Below, in pieces: positions 1 through 9,141 of a stretch of DNA of 25,364 nucleotides (the first letter of the stretch is position 1; the number at the start of each line of letters is the position of its first letter). Made by a program: the position numbers and the translations under genes. Below the pieces are notes generated by a model. It did no database searches. It was not told where the DNA came from and saw only the letters and a program-made list of their open reading frames with translations. Origin of the DNA: a virus. The stretch is from IMG/VR virus record IMGVR_UViG_3300002138_000190, positions 90,516-115,879 of that record. One strand, written 5' to 3'.

Positions 1-117
1 AATGTTGACATACAGAAGCTAGATGCAGATTTATTCAAGCAAGCATTTGAGTCTTTGGAAAAAATCAGGTTGGAAATAGCAAACAACATTAACAATCCTG
101 CACCAGTTATTGATTAA
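1..117 (+). CDS. 3' end of a hypothetical protein (partial, runs in from window start)
   Basis: Frame 1 is open from base 1 (NVDIQKLDADLFKQAFESLEKIRLEIANNINNPAPVID) to TAA at 115-117. Confidence 0.6.
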   Translation, partial: NVDIQKLDADLFKQAFESLEKIRLEIANNINNPAPVID

Positions 118-150
118 ATAAAATATTTTTTGTAATTTTTGGTTGTATTA

Positions 151-157
151 ATAAATA
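151..157 (+). promoter_or_regulatory. Putative T4-like late promoter core ATAAATA
   Basis: ATAAATA lies 4 nt upstream of the ATG at 162, with no Shine-Dalgarno; it resembles T4-type TATAAATA. The AT-rich background weakens the call. Confidence 0.4.
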
Positions 158-161
158 AATT

Positions 162-353
162 ATGCCTTTTCATAGTAAAGTACAATCTGATAAATGTTAT
201 GCCACAGGTGGGTTTAATGGTGCTGTTGACTGTGATGAATGGGCAGCAGAAACTGATTATAAGACATTGCCACATAGGTTACATCCTTCAAAGGTAAAAA
301 AAGGCAAGAGAAAATCTTTTAAAGAATGGCTTGATCAAAGAGAAAGTATTTAA
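162..353 (+). CDS. Small basic phage-type hypothetical protein with C-terminal KSFKEWL..RE motif
   Basis: 63 aa ORF (MPFHSKVQSDKCYAT...) ending 2 nt before the next gene. Confidence 0.7.
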   Translation: MPFHSKVQSDKCYATGGFNGAVDCDEWAAETDYKTLPHRLHPSKVKKGKRKSFKEWLDQRESI

Positions 354-355
354 CT

Positions 356-1039
356 GTGAAAGTTTTACTTACAGGGAGTTCAGGTTTATTAGGTTCTAAG
401 CTTATCGAATATTTTCCATCTTGCTATTGCCCTTCTCATAAAGATTTTGACATTTCATCTGATATTAATATTTTAAAAAAAACCTTACAAGAAAAATTAG
501 GTGGCTTAGATTTATTAATACATTGTGCTTCTTTGAAAAATGAAGCTTGTACTAAAGATTATCATCAAGCATTTAAAACTAATTGTTTAGGCACATTAAA
601 TATGGTTTCTTTGTGTCATGAGTTCAATTCTAAAATAGTTTTTATTTCTACTGATTATATTTTCAAAGGTGATAATGGAGATTATTCAATAAATGATTCT
701 TTTTATCCTGTTAATTATTATGGAGAAACAAAATTAGCTGGTGAGTTTTGTGTTAAAAGTTTAAAGAAATATCTCATAATAAGATTATCTTTTTGTCCTG
801 ATGTATATCCATATGAAACTGCTTTCATAGATCAAATAACCACAAGGTTGAAAATAACAGATGCTGTAACCCAAATTGTAAACGCAGTAAAAAATGATTA
901 TGCTGGAATCATACATTTAAAAGGAAAAAAACAATCTGTTTATGATTATGCAATTAGTACTTCAAATGGTAAAGAAATTAAAAAAATAAAACTTGCTGAC
1001 AATAGCTTAATTAGACCTAAAGATAGTAGCTTAATTTAA
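356..1039 (+). CDS. RmlD-like NDP-4-keto-sugar reductase (extended SDR)
   Basis: GTG start; KVLLTGSSGLLG Rossmann motif, LIHCAS, FISTDYIFKG, PVNYYGETK (YxxxK), YLIIRLS. Short (227 aa) form. Confidence 0.85.
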   Translation: MKVLLTGSSGLLGSKLIEYFPSCYCPSHKDFDISSDINILKKTLQEKLGGLDLLIHCASLKNEACTKDYHQAFKTNCLGTLNMVSLCHEFNSKIVFISTDYIFKGDNGDYSINDSFYPVNYYGETKLAGEFCVKSLKKYLIIRLSFCPDVYPYETAFIDQITTRLKITDAVTQIVNAVKNDYAGIIHLKGKKQSVYDYAISTSNGKEIKKIKLADNSLIRPKDSSLI

Positions 1040-1902
1040 TGTTAAAGAATAAAAAACAAGCAGCTGTATTTACAATAGTGAAAAATGAAAAATTTTTTAT
1101 TCCTATATGGCTTAATTATTACAAAAAACATTTTGAAAAAAAAGATATTTATATACTTAATCATCAATCTGATGACAACAGTTTAAAAGATGTTGATGTA
1201 AATATAATAAATATTGAAAATGATTTTTTCCAAGATAATAATTGGCTTTTGAATGTCACAAAAGCATATCAAAAAAAATTATTAGAAACTTATAATCAAG
1301 TGTTATTTACAAATATTGATGAAATTATTGTTCCCAATAAGAATAAATTTCCTGATTTAAAAACATTTATTAAAACCAATAAACAAAATGTTACAAGGTG
1401 TGTTGGAAGAGAGTTTTTGCATTTTATTCATGATGAAAAAAATGATTTTGATCAAAATAAAAAAATAACTGAACAAAGATCTTTTTATTATGAAAATAAT
1501 AATGTTTATAGCAAGACTTTGCTTTCAAAAGTTTCTTTGGATTGGACTTTTGGATGGCACAATGTTAAAAACTATAGTTTAGAAAAAGATGAAAATTTAA
1601 TATTGTTTCACTTGCACAGAATTGATTTTTTAAATTGTAGAAATAGACATTTTAACAACACTAAAAGAAACTGGTATAAGCCAGACTTAGAAAAAAATAA
1701 ATGGGCATGGCACTTTTTAATACATGACGAAAAAGAATTTTTTAAATGGTTTTATTTTATAGAAGGTGCTTGTATTTTAAATGCTGAAAAGTATTACAAT
1801 GTGTTTCAAGAAGCATTACTTAAATATACAGAAGAAAATATTTACAAGCAATCTTTTGGTGTTTGTAAAAAAATTGAAGATTGTTATGTTGGGGAATTCT
1901 AA
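1039..1902 (+). CDS. GT-A glycosyltransferase (GT2-like, Glyco_tranf_2_4 type)
   Basis: AVFTIVKNEKFFIPIWLNYY, IYILNHQSDD, VLFTNIDEII, W..GWH, LFHLHRID; TAATG coupling to the upstream gene. Confidence 0.75.
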   Translation: MLKNKKQAAVFTIVKNEKFFIPIWLNYYKKHFEKKDIYILNHQSDDNSLKDVDVNIINIENDFFQDNNWLLNVTKAYQKKLLETYNQVLFTNIDEIIVPNKNKFPDLKTFIKTNKQNVTRCVGREFLHFIHDEKNDFDQNKKITEQRSFYYENNNVYSKTLLSKVSLDWTFGWHNVKNYSLEKDENLILFHLHRIDFLNCRNRHFNNTKRNWYKPDLEKNKWAWHFLIHDEKEFFKWFYFIEGACILNAEKYYNVFQEALLKYTEENIYKQSFGVCKKIEDCYVGEF

Positions 1903-2708
1903 ATTAAAATTTTCATTTTTTTAAATTCTTTTCTTATTAATTCTACTTCTAATAAGTTATTGCATTTTGGTAATACTTCAGCCCATCTTTTTTCTATTTT
2001 TTCTTCTGTTAAATCTATATGATTCCAGCTATATCCTAATTGTTTATCTCTTTCTGGTATTCTTGAGGATGCTTGTAGCTTTCTTTTTAATTGTGGATAA
2101 AATGGTGCAAATCTATACCAGAACAATATTAAATCATGTATAAGTGGAATATTAGTAGGATATTCTAACACATAAGGATTTTTTTTATTTTTTGGAGTAT
2201 CAAAATGTCTTCCAACATAATAATGTCCATGACTTTTTTTATGTAGTATTCTATGCCTCCAAGGGTCAGTAAATCCATGATGTCTTTGCAATAATAAATT
2301 TTTACAATTATTAAAATTATTATTTATTTTTTGATAAGATGTATCATTAATTTGATATCCATGTAATCTTACCATATCGTAATTTGAATCATCTAACTCT
2401 TGAACTTTTTTTCTAAAGTCTGAACAAATTATAAATTCAGTTGTGTTTAAAGAAATTTTCCATCCATTTAATTTTTCTTCACATTCCATAATTTCTTTGT
2501 CATTTATTTCTGAATCAAACCATTTGTAATTTTTTGCTGTGATAATTTCCCATGTTGGAACTATATTTCTAACTAAATCAAGGGTTGAATCAGTTGATTT
2601 GCAATCTAAAATAATGCCATGATCAAAAATTTTTTTATGATGCATTAGCCAATGTTTCAGCATGAATTCTTCATTATAAGTTCCAACAACAACATTTAAC
2701 TTAATCAT
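1899..2708 (-). CDS. GT-A glycosyltransferase (GT2-like, Glyco_tranf_2_4 type)
   Basis: YNEEFMLKHWLMHHKKIFDHGIILDCKSTDST, WKISLNTTEF, Y..GRH. Confidence 0.75.
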   Translation of the reverse strand: MIKLNVVVGTYNEEFMLKHWLMHHKKIFDHGIILDCKSTDSTLDLVRNIVPTWEIITAKNYKWFDSEINDKEIMECEEKLNGWKISLNTTEFIICSDFRKKVQELDDSNYDMVRLHGYQINDTSYQKINNNFNNCKNLLLQRHHGFTDPWRHRILHKKSHGHYYVGRHFDTPKNKKNPYVLEYPTNIPLIHDLILFWYRFAPFYPQLKRKLQASSRIPERDKQLGYSWNHIDLTEEKIEKRWAEVLPKCNNLLEVELIRKEFKKMKILI

Positions 2709-3352
2709 GTAATTAATTCTTTTAAATAGTTACAATAATAATCTGTTTCATTTCTTTTCATTTTTATCATTTGACTTTTATCGCAGACATCATAAATATT
2801 TTTTATTTTTAAAAAATTTGATATCACTTCAAAAAAATTTTTTTTATTTTCTATCAAATCTTCATAAAAAACTTCTATGTAATCAAAATCTTTTGTGAAA
2901 TTTTTCCAACAATTAAAATATTTTAAATTTCTATAATATAAATCTAATAGTAATTTATCATCTATTTCTATTTTTTGATCAAGGTAAAAATCATAATCTT
3001 TTTTGTTTTTTAAAAACCATATTTTAGATTTTTCACAAAAATAATGTGATACACTTTGTTCGATAATATTTTTTCTTTGTATTACTATGAATTTGATATT
3101 AGGATGTTTTTGTATTATAAATTCTTTTTCTTCATCTTTAAATCCTTTAATGTCATAAAATATTCTTTGTAGTTTTAAAAATTTAGGGGGATTTGTCATT
3201 ACTGTTTGCTTGCTGTCATAATCAAGATTTAATTCTTTAAATCTTGGGTCGAATAAATTTGTTGAATTTAAAACATCGACTAAATAAGATGATCCGCATC
3301 TAGGAACAGCTAATATCCATATAGGAAAAATTTTATTTATAAAGTGTATCAT
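2705..3352 (-). CDS. Stf0-like PAPS-dependent sulfotransferase
   Basis: 5'-PSB-like loop ILAVPRCGSSYL, 3'-PB-like QRKNIIEQSVS...W, and VFYEDL. Confidence 0.8.
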   Translation of the reverse strand: MIHFINKIFPIWILAVPRCGSSYLVDVLNSTNLFDPRFKELNLDYDSKQTVMTNPPKFLKLQRIFYDIKGFKDEEKEFIIQKHPNIKFIVIQRKNIIEQSVSHYFCEKSKIWFLKNKKDYDFYLDQKIEIDDKLLLDLYYRNLKYFNCWKNFTKDFDYIEVFYEDLIENKKNFFEVISNFLKIKNIYDVCDKSQMIKMKRNETDYYCNYLKELIT

Positions 3353-3353
3353 T

Positions 3354-4223
3354 TTAAAGTATGTATTTAAATTTGTTGGAAATTATTTTTTTAAAAACAC
3401 TTGATAGTTTTTTATTCTGATTAAAAGTTATATTTTTCTTGTATTTTTGTAAATCATTAATGCTAAAGAAATCAGGTTTTTTATTTAAACTGTGAAATAC
3501 TTTCATATTTTTAAATTCTTCGAGGTACATTTTTTCAAAATGTTCATAATCTGGAAAATTATATCTTAATGGCAATTCTTTAAAATTAATTTCAAGTTCA
3601 TATATTGTAATTGTTAATGCTACTTGTGCCAAGAAATAAAGTTTTTTGTATTTTTCTATTTTTTGTATTTTTTGCAAATTTTTATAAAAATTTTGTGCAA
3701 TTGCTTTTTTAATTTTATCATTGGTTAAAACAAAACCAAAACTAATATAAAAAGGACATTCTTTTTTAGTGTTGTGTGTAATATAAGTTTTAATTGGAAA
3801 TTTTATTTTGAAATATGAAAATAATTCTTTCCATTCAATTAAAGTTAATGGGGAGTCATAAGCTATAACCCCTCCTAAATAATCAATTGGGGTTTCAAAT
3901 TCATTTAACTCAGAGCACAAAAACATATCGCAGTCTATAAAAACACAAGTATCACATTTTTTTTCAATGTGCCACCTTACTGGTGGATGTGTCTTATAAT
4001 GTTCATTTGAAAAAAATAAATCAAATGGTTTCAAAAAAAATTTTTCATTTTTTATTTTATTTTCTAATTCTTCGTCACGATAGATAATAGAATTTGATTT
4101 ATTGCCTATTCCTGTCAAGACCAATGAAAGATAATATTTTTTCTTGGGCATAGTGCAAATAAAAGATTCAACTCTATGCCATAATTCTTTTTCATTAGAT
4201 ATTGTCATTAAAAAATGTATCAT
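3354..4223 (-). CDS. Putative GT-A glycosyltransferase (GT8-like)
   Basis: CVFIDCDMFL (DxD), ELPLRYNFP, KVFH; context in the sugar operon. Confidence 0.65.
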   Translation of the reverse strand: MIHFLMTISNEKELWHRVESFICTMPKKKYYLSLVLTGIGNKSNSIIYRDEELENKIKNEKFFLKPFDLFFSNEHYKTHPPVRWHIEKKCDTCVFIDCDMFLCSELNEFETPIDYLGGVIAYDSPLTLIEWKELFSYFKIKFPIKTYITHNTKKECPFYISFGFVLTNDKIKKAIAQNFYKNLQKIQKIEKYKKLYFLAQVALTITIYELEINFKELPLRYNFPDYEHFEKMYLEEFKNMKVFHSLNKKPDFFSINDLQKYKKNITFNQNKKLSSVFKKIISNKFKYIL

Positions 4224-4974
4224 GAATTATTTTCTCATCAGGAAAATTAGGGAACAGTATTTTATCTATTCTTTTCTCAATTCTTGTTTTGGGAAATCTT
4301 CTATTTATAAATGTTTTTTCTGTGCAATCATCAAATCTAAAATGACTAGTAAGTCTTATTTTATTAGATTTATTTTCTCCAGATCTGTGAATAAGAAAGT
4401 TTGAAAAAAACAAAACATCTCCTAGATTCATTTTTATTTTTTCAAATTCAAAATTTAATTTTTTTGGCAATAATGGTATTCCACTATCATTCTCATGTTT
4501 TAAATATCCTAATAGATGTGACTTAGGAACAACTTCTAAATATCCCATATTGGCTTGCATTTTAGTTAATGGAAACCAACATGTTATTCCCTTTAGACTT
4601 CCTTGTGTACTTGGCCAGTCTTGGTGGGCATTAACTTTCCAATAGTTTTTACTCTTAGCAGTATCTTTGCTACTAAATGAAATTAAAGGTCTAGTATTAA
4701 CACTTGATTTTTCAATCCCTATTTCAGCGAGTGTTTTTTCAATTTTACAAGAAGTAAGTAATTTATAAACACTTGTTAAATTTTGGCATAAATTAGCACA
4801 ACCTAAAAAAGCATCAAAATCATTTTTGAAAACATATTTTATTATTTCATCTTCTTTTAATTTTTTACTGCAAAAATTTTTAAATAAAGATATTATTTCT
4901 TTTCTTACAATTAATAATTCTTCTTCTGAAAATAGTTTTCTTTTTAAGTAAAAGCCTTTTTTTAAATATTGCAT
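4195..4974 (-). CDS. PhyH-family Fe(II)/2-oxoglutarate dioxygenase
   Basis: HQD facial-triad motif (AHQDW), TCWFPL, LEVVPKSH, GDVLFF..FLIHRSGEN...R. Confidence 0.9.
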   Translation of the reverse strand: MQYLKKGFYLKRKLFSEEELLIVRKEIISLFKNFCSKKLKEDEIIKYVFKNDFDAFLGCANLCQNLTSVYKLLTSCKIEKTLAEIGIEKSSVNTRPLISFSSKDTAKSKNYWKVNAHQDWPSTQGSLKGITCWFPLTKMQANMGYLEVVPKSHLLGYLKHENDSGIPLLPKKLNFEFEKIKMNLGDVLFFSNFLIHRSGENKSNKIRLTSHFRFDDCTEKTFINRRFPKTRIEKRIDKILFPNFPDEKIIHDTFFNDNI

Positions 4975-5744
4975 TTAGCTATTCCTATTCCTGTTTCCCC
5001 ATAATTATTTCCATTATAAAACATTAAATTATTAATAATCCAAGGATAACATACCATTTCACAATCCCAACCAGATTTTGATTTAGATAATATCTTAGTG
5101 GTAATTTTGGTTAATATGTCATAATTATATATTTCATAGTTTTTATTAATTGTTTTTTTTGAAAAATATAGTTTATTGTTGTACAAGAAAGGTCTTGAAC
5201 AAGCTTCTTTTTCTCCACCTGTTAATTTTTTTTTAGCTATCCATCTTTTTTTATATTCTGCTACCCAAATAGAATAAAAAGGCATGTTTTTTTCCCATCC
5301 TGAGCCATTACAAAAATACATTTTATTTTTAATCACAAAAGGAGAATTTGCTAAAAAAGGAACATTTTCACTTCTGTCTAAAACAGGCCAATTTGATAAT
5401 CTTTCAAATAAATTTTTTTCATGATTGAATTTTGCAATGCCTATGCCATGCCCATAAGGAACTGTACCTTTTTGAATATTCCATCCTGTGTAATAAAGCA
5501 AATCTGATATTATGCAAGATGGCATTACTCCACTATCATCAAAACATCCTTTATCTCCAACATTAAATACTGGCTTTTTATTTCTATAAGTAATTTTTAA
5601 ATTTTCTGGATCTATTTCAAAATAATTAATAACACTTTTGTTGTTTATTCTGTAAGAATAAAATATTCTTAAATAGCCTAAATATTCAATTACAGTAGGT
5701 AGTTGAGCATATCCATCATAAATTATTTTTACTTTTTGCCACAT
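4962..5744 (-). CDS. Five-bladed beta-propeller glycoside hydrolase/phosphorylase-like protein
   Basis: G.FDDSGVMPSC, LYYTGWN, GWDCEMVCYP, MFYNGNNYGETGIGIA; typical of GH32/43/130-like propeller proteins found next to sugar acetyltransferases. Confidence 0.7.
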   Translation of the reverse strand: MWQKVKIIYDGYAQLPTVIEYLGYLRIFYSYRINNKSVINYFEIDPENLKITYRNKKPVFNVGDKGCFDDSGVMPSCIISDLLYYTGWNIQKGTVPYGHGIGIAKFNHEKNLFERLSNWPVLDRSENVPFLANSPFVIKNKMYFCNGSGWEKNMPFYSIWVAEYKKRWIAKKKLTGGEKEACSRPFLYNNKLYFSKKTINKNYEIYNYDILTKITTKILSKSKSGWDCEMVCYPWIINNLMFYNGNNYGETGIGIAKCNI

Positions 5745-5745
5745 T

Positions 5746-6339
5746 TTAATAATTTTTTGAATTAGGTTTTGTATTTTTAGTAATTTTAGCCCCCATACAT
5801 ATAAAAGAATTTTCAGCTATTGTTATATTATCTCTTATTGTTGAATTAACACCAAACCAAGAATATTTCTTTACTTTGCATTTTCCTGACAACACAACAT
5901 GCGATGAAAAAAATACATTGCTTTCAATGATGCTGTGGTGACCTATGTGGTTTCCACTCCACATAATGACATTATTTCCTATTTTAACATAAGGCTGGAT
6001 CACATTGTTTTCAAATATAAAACAATTTTCTCCAATTTTTTCAGTATAAACTGTTGCTTTATCTGAAATAAAAGAAATTAATTTGTACCCTTTATCCTTT
6101 ATCTCTTTGCTTTTTAATTCTCTAAGTTTGTTGTTATAAAGGGGTGCAAAAAAAACATAATCTTTAGGAGAAAAATATTTATTTATTTTCTCAAAAGGTA
6201 CAATTGGTGTTCTTTCTTTTGATTTGTTTTTTATAAATTTTTCATTTTCGCAAAAAGCTACAATTGTATTGCCTTGCATTTTTAAATAAAATTTAGCAAG
6301 TAGAGAACATTCATTTGACCCGAAAATAATTACTTTCAT
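5746..6339 (-). CDS. Sugar O/N-acetyltransferase, NeuD/PglD-like hexapeptide-repeat family
   Basis: N-terminal Rossmann-like KVIIFG, then left-handed beta-helix repeats IGENCFIFENNVIQPYVKIGNNVIMWSGNHIGHHSII. Confidence 0.9.
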   Translation of the reverse strand: MKVIIFGSNECSLLAKFYLKMQGNTIVAFCENEKFIKNKSKERTPIVPFEKINKYFSPKDYVFFAPLYNNKLRELKSKEIKDKGYKLISFISDKATVYTEKIGENCFIFENNVIQPYVKIGNNVIMWSGNHIGHHSIIESNVFFSSHVVLSGKCKVKKYSWFGVNSTIRDNITIAENSFICMGAKITKNTKPNSKNY

Positions 6340-6358
6340 ACTAATTTATAATAATAAT

Positions 6359-7819
6359 ATGTTACACTTAAATAAAGAAAATTACGATAATAAATTTTGT
6401 TTAGACACTTATGTCATAAGAGATAAAAATTGCATAGGTTATTGTTGTTCTAGCCCAGAAAAATTAGAAGAAAAACTAAAAATTGCAGCATTTAGTAATT
6501 TTAAATATGTAGAATTATGGCACAAAGATGTTTTTAATTATATTAATAAATATGGTTGTGATAGTTTACTTAATTTATTAAATAAATTCAATTTAAAAGT
6601 TTCATCTTACAAAGTTTTAGAAAATTGGTTTGAAGGAAATTCTTCTTTAGAAGTTATAGAATACGCAGCTAAAATAAAATCAAATAATTTAGTAGTTAAA
6701 CTACTAAGTGATGCAAATGAAAACCCTATTGCTGAAATTGATTGGTATGTTGAAAGATATTTAGAATTAATTAAAATATGTGAAAAATACAAATTGTATC
6801 CTTGTTTAGAATTCATGTGTTTAGCTAAAACTATGAATAATATAGATTTTGTTTATGAAATACTTAAAAGAACAAATCATCCATATTGCTCATTAGTTTT
6901 AGATACTTGGCACTTATGGAGAAATGACAATGAAAATTTTGATAAATTTGAAAAAACATTATTTAATTTAAATAAAACATGGGTCAAAATTATACATTTT
7001 ACAGATGCAAGAAAAGATATACCTAGAGAAATACAAAAAGATGGCGATAGAAAAATGCCTAATGAAGGCCTATTAAATTTAACAAAGTTTTGCAATTTGT
7101 TAAAATCAAAAGACATTAAAACAACTTATTCTTTAAATGTTTATGACCAAAATTTATGGAATCAAAACTTATATGAAGTTGCAAAAAAATCATTTGAATG
7201 TTTTGGTAAATATTTTGACATTAATGCTAAAAGTTTAGCTGATTCTAAATCTTGGGAAAATAAACAAGATGAAAGATGTAATGGGTTATGGGAAAATAGT
7301 TACAAAACACATTTAGATCCTAGATTTTCTAATAGTGATAGAGATATACAACTAGAAAATATATTAAAAGACTATTTGCAGGATAAAAAAGTTTTAGATT
7401 TCAAATGTGGATTCTCACCTTTGGCAAAATATGTAACATATGGTTTTGATGCTTATAAAAAATGCATAGATTATTTAAAAATTAATTTTAAAAATTCTTT
7501 TTGGTGGTGCATGTCCGATAATCAATTTGGTAATTTTTTCAACGAAAAAATAGATGTTTTGCTGCATATTGGATTAGGTGATTCTAATACTGAATTAGTA
7601 AATCATTTGAAAATTAGAAATAACTGCAAACCTTCAGTTGTAATAATTGAATGTGCTGCAAATGAAGACAAAACTGTAAATGAATCAAAAGAAGGAAATA
7701 CAAGAAATTGGGAAGTTTTAATTAAAGATTTAGTTGAAAGAAAAGAATTTTTCATAAAAACAAATATGAATGATAGAAGTTACAGACTATTAGTAATAGG
7801 CAAGTGCAATAATGCTTAA
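6359..7819 (+). CDS. Sugar phosphate isomerase/epimerase TIM barrel (AP_endonuc_2/IolE-IolI-like) fused to a degenerate methyltransferase-like domain
   Basis: VELW, LEFM, LDTWH, IHFTD, DRKMPNEG..NL in the first ~280 aa; the C-terminal part has KVLDFKCG, resembling SAM motif I. Confidence 0.75.
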   Translation: MLHLNKENYDNKFCLDTYVIRDKNCIGYCCSSPEKLEEKLKIAAFSNFKYVELWHKDVFNYINKYGCDSLLNLLNKFNLKVSSYKVLENWFEGNSSLEVIEYAAKIKSNNLVVKLLSDANENPIAEIDWYVERYLELIKICEKYKLYPCLEFMCLAKTMNNIDFVYEILKRTNHPYCSLVLDTWHLWRNDNENFDKFEKTLFNLNKTWVKIIHFTDARKDIPREIQKDGDRKMPNEGLLNLTKFCNLLKSKDIKTTYSLNVYDQNLWNQNLYEVAKKSFECFGKYFDINAKSLADSKSWENKQDERCNGLWENSYKTHLDPRFSNSDRDIQLENILKDYLQDKKVLDFKCGFSPLAKYVTYGFDAYKKCIDYLKINFKNSFWWCMSDNQFGNFFNEKIDVLLHIGLGDSNTELVNHLKIRNNCKPSVVIIECAANEDKTVNESKEGNTRNWEVLIKDLVERKEFFIKTNMNDRSYRLLVIGKCNNA

Positions 7820-8111
7820 GGAAAATTTTTTTACATATCATGAAAAAAACCATGTAGAAATTACCGCAATCGAAGATTGTACAGTTTACATAGGAACTCC
7901 ACCTACTAAAATAAAAGAAAACAATAATGGGTTCAATCACAATGATTTAGCAAAAGGTTCTTTACTGAATTTTTTTTCTTTCCCAAAACAAAAACAAATA
8001 TTTTTAAAAAGTAAAGAATCTATAAAAATAGATTCTTTTGTTGCTTATAGGATTTATGGAAATTGTTTGAGAAAGTTTGACAATGATGAAATTATATTTT
8101 TTATGTCATGA
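7812..8111 (+). CDS. Hypothetical protein
   Basis: 99 aa ORF overlapping both neighbours in the + strand block; no motif recognised. Confidence 0.6.
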   Translation: MLKENFFTYHEKNHVEITAIEDCTVYIGTPPTKIKENNNGFNHNDLAKGSLLNFFSFPKQKQIFLKSKESIKIDSFVAYRIYGNCLRKFDNDEIIFFMS

Positions 8112-9141
8112 AAGATGGAAAGATAATCATGCTGAACCATTATTGAGAAGCGTAAATTTTTTGTCTAATTTTGATATAAATTTAATACCAGTATTTTGTC
8201 CATCTAACAAAGGAACTCCTGAATTATTATGGCCTGATTGTGATGATACAGAAAGAAGAAGCGAAATAGATGAACTGTTTGATTCTTTGATCTTTCCCGA
8301 TGCAGTTATAGTTCACCATCGTTGTCTTTCACCTAAAATGTTAAGATCTAAAATACCTTTAATAATTTTAGAACATACAGATGGAACTTCTTTAGAAATA
8401 TCAAGAAATTTCATAAATTTAGATAATGTAATTGGTGTAATCAAAGGTAGTGTTTTTACAAACTATGATTTTTATAATGCAAGTTTAACTGAAGGTATGT
8501 ATCATTCAAATTACATGAATTTAATTGGTTTGCCAAAATCAAAAGTAAAACAAATAAGTTCTATTTTTTTAAGTAAAATAGAACTTGGTTATTCTTTTGG
8601 ATGTTTCCCATCTAATAAAAGATTTTTAAATTATCAGTTAGATAAGTCAAAAGATATATTGGTATCTTTTATTGGAAATATAAATTACCATAGGAGTAAA
8701 CTTGTTACTGCACATAGAAATTTAGCTTTTAATAAAATAAAAAATTTAAATGGTAGTTATTATTCATTAGGTGGAATGCATCAAAATGAATATGATGATA
8801 TATTATTAAGAAGTAAATTTTGTTTATCTCCATATGGGTATGGTGTTTGCTATAGAAGTTTTGAATCGATATACACAGAATGTATTACTATTCAGCCAGA
8901 CTCAAATTTTTTAAAAACATGGCCCAATATATTTGTCGAAAATATTGGTTATTTGAAATGTAAATCTGATTTTTCAGATTTAGATGAATTGTGTAATATT
9001 TCAAATACTAAATATGAGGAACTATTGATTGAAACAAAAAATTTAAAGCAAGAATTAATAAACAGTTATTGGAAAGAAGAAATTATTGGAAATCATTTGA
9101 AAAATATAATTGTAAATTGTATTTCTAGAATAAAGAATTAA
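8077..9141 (+). CDS. GT-B-like glycosyltransferase (exostosin/Glyco_trans_1_2-like C-terminal domain); start probably 8083 or 8086
   Basis: VSFIG, YDDILLRSKFCLSPYGYGVCYRSFESIYTECITI, YLKCKSDFSDL. Confidence 0.7.
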   Translation: MTMMKLYFLCHERWKDNHAEPLLRSVNFLSNFDINLIPVFCPSNKGTPELLWPDCDDTERRSEIDELFDSLIFPDAVIVHHRCLSPKMLRSKIPLIILEHTDGTSLEISRNFINLDNVIGVIKGSVFTNYDFYNASLTEGMYHSNYMNLIGLPKSKVKQISSIFLSKIELGYSFGCFPSNKRFLNYQLDKSKDILVSFIGNINYHRSKLVTAHRNLAFNKIKNLNGSYYSLGGMHQNEYDDILLRSKFCLSPYGYGVCYRSFESIYTECITIQPDSNFLKTWPNIFVENIGYLKCKSDFSDLDELCNISNTKYEELLIETKNLKQELINSYWKEEIIGNHLKNIIVNCISRIKN

